This document shows, one piece after another, positions 59,101 to 64,000 of a stretch of DNA of 64,000 nt. The position numbers and the translations under genes were made by a program. The notes beneath the pieces are model-generated. The model searched no databases, had not been told where the DNA came from, and was given only the letters and a program-made list of their open reading frames with translations. Source of the DNA: Myxococcales bacterium. Lineage in GTDB: Bacteria > Myxococcota_A > Polyangia > Palsa-1104 > JAEUJZ01. Each line of letters starts with the position of its first letter. Positions within the stretch are counted from its first letter, which is position 1. The DNA lies in assembly GCA_016794465.1 (NCBI GenBank), contig JAEUKA010000043.1, positions 47,821 through 111,820 of the forward strand, in the 5' to 3' direction.

Positions 59101-59720
59101 ACGACTACACGCTGTCGAAGAGCCAGATGGCGACGGCGCTCGGGCTGACGGCGATCTTGTCGGGGCTGATTGGCTCGCTGGGAACGCTGCTGCTCCTGCG
59201 CAACCAGCAAGGTCCGGTGGGCACGTCGGTGGTCAGCACGGTGCACGGCCCCGATCCACGGACGCAGCCGCTGCCGGACCAAAAGACCTTGCCGCCCATC
59301 GCCGAGTCGGTGAAGCCAGTCGCTGCGTCGGGGAAGTCGGATGGTCTGCCGGCGGACTCGGTGCCGGTGCTAAAGCCGGCGGTGCGCGACGGCAGTACGA
59401 TCTACCCACCGCTGCGCCGCATGACCGATCCAGCGACGATGCCGCCGAAGCAGAGCATCTGGACGCGCCCAGCAGTGCCCGCCGGTCCCACCGCTGATGC
59501 CCAAGCGGCCAAGATCGGCGATGCCAAAGCTCCAGCGCCAGGGGATGCCAAGCCAGCTGCGGACGGCAAGCCAGCGATGGATGGTAAGCCAGCGACGGAC
59601 GGCAAGCCCGCCTTGGTTGCTCCCGGTGTCAAGCCCGGCGCCGAGGTCAAGCCTGTGGCGCCAGCCGCCAAGCCCGCCAAAGCCAACGAAGACGGACTCC
59701 GCAACCCGTTCGCGATGTAA
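56175..59720 (+). CDS. Ser/Thr protein kinase with a ~400-aa Glu/Ala/Lys/Arg-rich coiled-coil region and a Pro-rich C-terminal region containing a TM-like segment
   Basis: kinase subdomains (LGQGMTGLTYNAW...FALKLL, HGDLRPENVIL, YLAPEQ); heptad-like EAERKAAEEAERERKEA repeats. Confidence 0.85.
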   Translation: MALASTPTSQTGPEQAPTARIGMVLSGTYRLDAFLGQGMTGLTYNAWHLRQKQPFALKLLHKELAPSHDRVSKLRQDLRALSGLRRFGFLPVDLSFAPDGSPFMAAELLVGETLRVRLQRGPLPVLAAGIVTAALARALAEAHKQNVVHGDLRPENVILPTEAGREVEAGQPVLLDAALHHLRKRAIGLDESLPLGKLAYLAPEQASGEQQSADNGGDIFALGAILYECLTGKQAFGGPELEVILERLSSPPPSLQLPRELGAPPGLSEALDGVIRRACTRDPSERFESMSELLTALGQAFEKSGLPLPPPDERVPIDTLLSQNKALRKRTVAVKRIAPLPSAPSDDDDDVSDPSRVLTAAMMPSADSGPEPAESAQSKPTGKRNTAKQRIIRRTVRARDLSRMLAEVEAGRLSPDQAMAMSSDADEEEAPESSKSQPLTEAEKLAEEGRAAVLARAEAAKKNREVEVKNRIEREKSETAQMQKRLLEQARAETLGRMRAEWEQSQRGKPGKDGSDSSAPAKDLFAAQQTAAEQKELLEEAARQSKRLEAERQEAERKAAEEAERERKEAQAAEEARVAAERLQAELRDKERIEAERAERVRQKAEREAEARKKADEAEQRKQAKIAEVEAAQRAAAEAKQQAEEAAKQAAQAQADAEPELLDDDIDEIFEETKKPPPVPESVKRAAAAAIKAQQDAAEAEAAAAKAKQDAEAISQAADEAQQAVVAAEESRMRSASEFEEIIRAAQEARDREEALAKQIRDAEDRARAAQAARAVNLALANRATRALAVIQQVQTFAQNEPAQGDEEPSDGVPRLRDQSGPNRLRDQSGPNRLRDQSGPSRLSPVAGARPAISESAVTPVRKPSATSAPESSSSYGAPKSVPPPRDPSGVFAPAQVPPMMMGSYSNPQMAPGMIRPEVSGPYTNPQMSPVGMRPEMSGVYTNPQMSPAMMPMQSTSMPVLVAPVMQQGLPPHSPHDYTLSKSQMATALGLTAILSGLIGSLGTLLLLRNQQGPVGTSVVSTVHGPDPRTQPLPDQKTLPPIAESVKPVAASGKSDGLPADSVPVLKPAVRDGSTIYPPLRRMTDPATMPPKQSIWTRPAVPAGPTADAQAAKIGDAKAPAPGDAKPAADGKPAMDGKPATDGKPALVAPGVKPGAEVKPVAPAAKPAKANEDGLRNPFAM

Positions 59721-59788
59721 GCATCACATCCCGTCCATTTCCAAACCCGCACAGCTCGCGCGGGGCCAGTGTGGGAATTCAGCTCACA

Positions 59789-60679
59789 CTACGGCTTTGA
59801 GTCGCGGGCGCAGCGGAAGCCTTGGTTGGGGTAATACCCTTCGGCAAACTCGCCAATTCGCGCCGTTGCTTTGGAAAAGCGCACATCGTTGTCAAAGCCA
59901 CTGGCACTGCGCAGCGAGAACTTGTCGGTGGTGCAGCTTTCCGCTGGATAGGTGCAAAACGGACTGGAGGTCTTTTCCCAGACGTTGCCGAGCAGGTCAT
60001 AAAAGCCCGGCATTTCTGCATTGACAATCTGGCCAAGATATGTCTTCACGTAGCCAGCGACGGGACAGGTGGCATTGATGTTCCAGCAGGCGTTGCCACC
60101 GAGTGCGACCGGGAAGACCAGCCGCTGATTGGTGGGCGCCGCGCCGCTGAGTCCGAGTGCCGCATATTCCCACTCCACTTCGGTCGGTAGCCGGCGGCCC
60201 ATCCACTTGCAGAAGTCCTCGGACTGGGTCTTGGTGACACAGGTGACTGGGTGCTGGTCTTTGCCCGCGACGCCGTACGAGCAGATCCAGCCCTGGGTGC
60301 CAAATGGACCGGTCTTCGGCGCGGTGCAGACCTGGGCGGTCACGCAAGCACGGTAGTCGGCGACGGTGACCTCGCGTTCGTCGAGAAAAAAGGGCGCCGG
60401 GTTGCTGCGCAGGTTGCTCGGTGTGTCGTTGATTCCGTCGGTGAGCGCGGTGCCCACATAAAACGAGCCGCTCGGACGGACCTCGACTTCGACGCGCTTC
60501 GGGCGGGGATCGGTGCCCATGTCCGTGACCGACGAGTTGACACCCGGCATGCAGCGCTTTTCGGTCGAGCAGGCGTAGTCCACCGGGCAGCCGCTGTCGT
60601 CTTGGCACGGCTTCTGGGTGTAGTCGGGGCTGTAACAAGCGGCCAGGCAAGCGAAGGCGGTGATGACGGTGCGGCGCAT
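59789..60679 (-). CDS. FGE-sulfatase (SUMF1/formylglycine-generating-enzyme-like) domain lipoprotein
   Basis: lipobox FACLAAC; FGE-domain motifs (GRRLPTEVEWEYAA, GNVWEKTSS, YYPNQGFRCARD). Confidence 0.85.
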   Translation of the reverse strand: MRRTVITAFACLAACYSPDYTQKPCQDDSGCPVDYACSTEKRCMPGVNSSVTDMGTDPRPKRVEVEVRPSGSFYVGTALTDGINDTPSNLRSNPAPFFLDEREVTVADYRACVTAQVCTAPKTGPFGTQGWICSYGVAGKDQHPVTCVTKTQSEDFCKWMGRRLPTEVEWEYAALGLSGAAPTNQRLVFPVALGGNACWNINATCPVAGYVKTYLGQIVNAEMPGFYDLLGNVWEKTSSPFCTYPAESCTTDKFSLRSASGFDNDVRFSKATARIGEFAEGYYPNQGFRCARDSKP

Positions 60680-61521
60680 TAGAACCTCCCCAGGACGACC
60701 AGGCCACGGCCAGTAAACGACACCGAGACTTGCGACGGAGAGGGCGCGCTGGCTCCGTCTTGCGCGGCGGGCGTTTCGACGGTGGCCGGGGCTTTTTTGG
60801 TCAGGCGAATGATCGTTGGAATCAGGCCTCCGACAAGCGCCACGCCACCGACCACATCGAGCGCAATCGCCACTTTGCTCAGCGTCTGGCCTCGCGCATC
60901 GAGGCTGCTGTCAAACACGCCGTCTCCCGCTACCACTTGCTTGGCGGTCGACAGCGCCATCCCACCCGTGACAAAACCACCGATCAGGAGCGCTCCACCA
61001 GCGGCCATCAGTCCAATCGGGGCCCACTTGGCGACGGCGGACGGCTGACCACTCGGCTCGGGCGGCGGCGGCGGCGGGGCGACGGGAGGCGGCGGCGGCA
61101 CGACCTCAGGTGGTTTTTCGACCGGAGGAGGAGGAGGCGGCGGCGGCGGCGCAATCCCGAGCTTTTCTTCGGCCTGCCGCTTGAACTTCTCGACATCGGC
61201 GCGGGCCTCGGCGGCGAGGTTCTTTTCCTCGCTCATGTAGCGGTCGTAGTAGACGATCGCGTCGCGTGGCCGCCCGTAGTCCAGGTACGCATGCGCAATG
61301 TTGAGCAGCAGCGCCGGCATCGGTCGAATCAGGTACGCCGCCTCCAGCTCGTTGATGGCGCAGTCGTAGAGCTTGCGCTCGTAGCAGTTCTGCGCCTTGG
61401 TCACGCGCTTGGCAAAGTCGTCGGCTGCCTCGGCTCGGGCTGCGCCAAACAGCAGCAGCGACAGTGCGACGGCCTTAGTTGAGTTTCTTGTGCGTCTTAA
61501 AGTCCAAGATGAGGCTGTCAT
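60679..61521 (-). CDS. TPR-like/Pro-rich membrane protein (paralog of 23508..24386)
   Basis: signal peptide after MTASSW; polyproline tracts (PPPPPPPPPP, PPPPPVAPPPPPP); TM (WAPIGLMAAGGALLIGGFV); its start overlaps the upstream kinase's 3' end by ~47 nt and its stop overlaps the FGE gene start by 1 nt. Confidence 0.6.
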   Translation of the reverse strand: MTASSWTLRRTRNSTKAVALSLLLFGAARAEAADDFAKRVTKAQNCYERKLYDCAINELEAAYLIRPMPALLLNIAHAYLDYGRPRDAIVYYDRYMSEEKNLAAEARADVEKFKRQAEEKLGIAPPPPPPPPPVEKPPEVVPPPPPVAPPPPPPEPSGQPSAVAKWAPIGLMAAGGALLIGGFVTGGMALSTAKQVVAGDGVFDSSLDARGQTLSKVAIALDVVGGVALVGGLIPTIIRLTKKAPATVETPAAQDGASAPSPSQVSVSFTGRGLVVLGRF

Positions 61522-62962
61522 TTTTGCGGCCTTTGCTGACGGCTGGTCGCTTCGGTGTCGGTGGTCGTGGCTCGGGAGGCGGCGGTCGGACGGCCACCAG
61601 CGCTTCACTGCGCTCGACATCACGGTCTTTGGCAAAGCTGACTTTGAGGTCGATAAACCCGCTCTTGCGGATGGTGACGACTTGCTCGCCGCTGCCCAGC
61701 GGATGCTCGATCTGCCACGGGGTCTGGCCCAGCTCTTGGCCCGTCTCGTCGAGCACGCTGGCCCCGGGCGGACTGGTGCGGAGCATCCAGCGCACCGACT
61801 TGGGCAGCTGCGTCACGACTACGCGCGGCGGCTCGGGGGCGACGATCGGCTGGGGCGTGTGTCGCTGGCGAACCTGTAGCGCCGCCACCAGCGAGCCCAC
61901 GACCACCACCGCCGCCGTGATCGCCAAGCTGGTCCGAATGCCAGCCTTGCGAGTCGGTGCCGCCGTCTGTCCGTGAATCGCTCCAAGCGTTGGTGCCGCC
62001 AGTCCGCGACTGACCTGCGTCGGCAGCGACTCCGGCGTCTCGAGACTTATCGGCAGCGAGACGGAAGACGTATCGTCCTGTTCGATCGCTGGACTCGACC
62101 AGGACGGATCGTCCGCCAGCTCGCGCAGCACCAGCTCGACCTCGGCCATCGAGGGACGCTCGGTGGCTTCTTTGGCCAGCATCCGCTCGACGAAAGACGC
62201 GACCTTTTCCGGCACGGCTGGCTCGACATCGCGCAGCGGCTTCGGCGGCACCAGGATGTGCATTGCCAAGATGTCGCCGTCGGCCTGCGAGTAGAACGGC
62301 GGTCGCCCGGTCAGCATCTGATACAGAATGATCCCGAGCGCATAGACATCGGTGCGATCGGTGACGGTGACGCCTCGGCACTGCTCGGGCGCCATGTAGA
62401 CCGGGGTGCCGATCATCGTGCCGGTGCGGGTGTGAAAGTCCTGCACTTCGCGATCTTCGGCGGCCATCTTGGCGATGCCAAAGTCGATGATGCGGATCTC
62501 GGGCTCGCCGCTGTCGCTCGGCTTGAGCAGGATGTTCGACGGCTTGAGGTCGCGGTGGATGATGTTGCGACGGTGCGCCGACTGCAGCGCCGAGGCGATC
62601 TGGCTGGCAAGTCGCAGCCCCGCTCGTCCCAGTCGCTTTTCGCGCTTGAGCCGGGCCGACAGCGTCTCGCCATCGACGTAGTCCATCGCGATGAACCAGC
62701 CACCGCCGTCCAGCTCGCCACTACCGAGCAGCCGCACGATCCCCGGATGGTTCAGCGCCGAGATCGCCTTGGCTTCATTGAGAAACCGCGCCAGGTTCTC
62801 GGGATCGTGGGTCAGCTGCGCGTGCAGGACTTTGATCGCGGCCCGCTGCCCGGTCTTGTCGTCGACGCCCTCGAAGACTGCGCCCATTCCGCCCTTCCCA
62901 ATGACCCGCACGATGCGATAGCCGAAGACCACGTCATCAGGTTTGGGCATCTTCTCGGTCAT
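61475..62962 (-). CDS. Ser/Thr protein kinase with a C-terminal PEGA domain
   Basis: YRIVRVIGKGGMGAVFEG...AAIKVL, HRDLKPSNILL, APE; TM; C-terminal PEGA-like beta domain (SVRWMLRTSPPGASVLDETGQELGQTPWQIEHPLG). Confidence 0.85.
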   Translation of the reverse strand: MTEKMPKPDDVVFGYRIVRVIGKGGMGAVFEGVDDKTGQRAAIKVLHAQLTHDPENLARFLNEAKAISALNHPGIVRLLGSGELDGGGWFIAMDYVDGETLSARLKREKRLGRAGLRLASQIASALQSAHRRNIIHRDLKPSNILLKPSDSGEPEIRIIDFGIAKMAAEDREVQDFHTRTGTMIGTPVYMAPEQCRGVTVTDRTDVYALGIILYQMLTGRPPFYSQADGDILAMHILVPPKPLRDVEPAVPEKVASFVERMLAKEATERPSMAEVELVLRELADDPSWSSPAIEQDDTSSVSLPISLETPESLPTQVSRGLAAPTLGAIHGQTAAPTRKAGIRTSLAITAAVVVVGSLVAALQVRQRHTPQPIVAPEPPRVVVTQLPKSVRWMLRTSPPGASVLDETGQELGQTPWQIEHPLGSGEQVVTIRKSGFIDLKVSFAKDRDVERSEALVAVRPPPPEPRPPTPKRPAVSKGRKNDSLILDFKTHKKLN

Positions 62963-63135
62963 CTAGGAACCAGACGCGACCGTTACTCTTTACGCAGGCT
63001 TAGCGTCGCGAGCCTCAGCAAAAAATTTACCACGGCCAGGGCTTCCCATACCAGCATCCACAGCGAGCCCTCCTGCGCCGCCAAGCACCTACAAGGCCAG
63101 CACCTCGAATGGTTTCCATCCGTTGCGGACTCGGG

Positions 63136-63876
63136 CTAGCTGCGCACGATGGGAAGCAGCTCTGCGAACGTGTGACAGACGTACGGTCGCTGCGCACAGC
63201 CTCGGCGGAGTCTCTCGCCGCTGACCTGCGTGGCGGGTGCCTGCTCGGCGGCGCTTCGCATCGCTTCACCGCCATAGCCGTAGGTACACAGGGCCAGGTC
63301 CATCCCGGCGGCTTCGGCGGCTCGCCAGTCGATGCGGCTGTCCCCGACAAACAGAGTCCGCTCGACCGGCACCGCAGCGCGTCGGCACAGCTCGAGGAGC
63401 AGCTTCGGGTCCGGCTTGCGAGCACCGACATCATCTTCCCCGAGCACCCAGCGAAACAGCGGCGACAGCTCCAGCACCTCGCACAGCGTCCGCGCCCAGT
63501 GCCCCGGCTTGTTGGTGGCCACCGCGAGCGGAAAGCTGGCCGACAGCGCGTGGAGCGTCTCTCGCACACCGTCATACAGTCGCGTACGTACACACAGGTT
63601 GTCGCTGTAGTGACGGCGAAAGCGCAGCACCGCATCGTCAATCACGGCATCTGCAAGTCCAGCCTGTGGCGACTCGGCGGCTCCAGCGCGAAGGAGCGCT
63701 CGCTCGACCAGGCTGCGCTGGCCCTCGCCGATGATCTGTCGCACCGTGCCCTCGTCATGCGCCGGCAGCCCCAGCTCCGCGAGCATCAGCGAAAGCGCCG
63801 TCGTCAGGTCCGGCACCGAGTCCACAAGTGTTCCGTCCAGGTCAAACAAGATCAGCTGGTAGCGCGGCATGGTCAT
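63136..63876 (-). CDS. HAD-superfamily hydrolase (phosphoglycolate-phosphatase-like)
   Basis: motif I LILFDLDGTLVDS; motif IV FVGDSRIDWRAA; start at MTMPRYQ. Confidence 0.8.
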   Translation of the reverse strand: MTMPRYQLILFDLDGTLVDSVPDLTTALSLMLAELGLPAHDEGTVRQIIGEGQRSLVERALLRAGAAESPQAGLADAVIDDAVLRFRRHYSDNLCVRTRLYDGVRETLHALSASFPLAVATNKPGHWARTLCEVLELSPLFRWVLGEDDVGARKPDPKLLLELCRRAAVPVERTLFVGDSRIDWRAAEAAGMDLALCTYGYGGEAMRSAAEQAPATQVSGERLRRGCAQRPYVCHTFAELLPIVRS

Positions 63877-64000
63877 GAATTCGCGGGGTTCGCTCGGGAC
63901 GGCTGGCAAAAATTGGCGCCGCACCGGTTCCCACACGATAAGATGAAACCTCAATCGCGCTTACGGGTTCTCAATAGCTTCTAGTGACTCCAACGTGAGG

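Overview
This is a high-GC (~68%) chromosomal segment that I assign to Myxococcota. The evidence is a MYXO-CTERM-type sorting tail on a secreted M36 protease, several Ser/Thr kinases (one with a PEGA domain), an FGE-sulfatase-domain lipoprotein, and a GYF/zinc-ribbon protein. Conserved housekeeping genes anchor the map: fabF, hemB, rsmD, purA, tRNA-Lys(TTT), cysS, the dnaG-rpoD pair, and an exbB-exbD-tonB operon. Between them lie secreted and lipoprotein genes: an M36 fungalysin-like protease, an S46 dipeptidyl-peptidase, a TonB-dependent receptor, a VWA lipoprotein and an FG-GAP/TIG lipoprotein. Two protein kinases flank a translationally coupled kinase / TPR-membrane / FGE-lipoprotein module. 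I see no CRISPR array and no transposase or integrase, and the lone tRNA has no flanking mobile element. The signals not explained by ordinary annotation are: (1) a 5-copy, 42-bp tandem array built on a 16-bp perfect palindrome between convergent genes; (2) a 2.5-copy, ~42-bp repeat carrying two different perfect 12-bp palindromes per unit upstream of a fused glcD/glcE-glcF operon; (3) a 4x 11-mer microsatellite inside an unusual ~700-bp AT-rich divergent promoter region; (4) a 523-aa low-complexity protein made of ~30 AKPVVE-type repeats; (5) an unannotated 49-codon secreted Lys-rich peptide behind an AT-rich 15-bp palindrome; (6) a ZnR-GYF-TM-TonB_C protein with the architecture described for the gliding-motility protein GltJ; (7) two paralogous TPR/Pro-rich membrane proteins; and (8) AT-rich perfect palindromes in promoter regions. 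Coordinates I derived by hand (alternative starts, repeats, hairpins) carry about +/-2 nt of uncertainty, because my line indexing disagreed by 1 nt with the ORF track at one place (around 27.8 kb). Where available I used the track's frame arithmetic.
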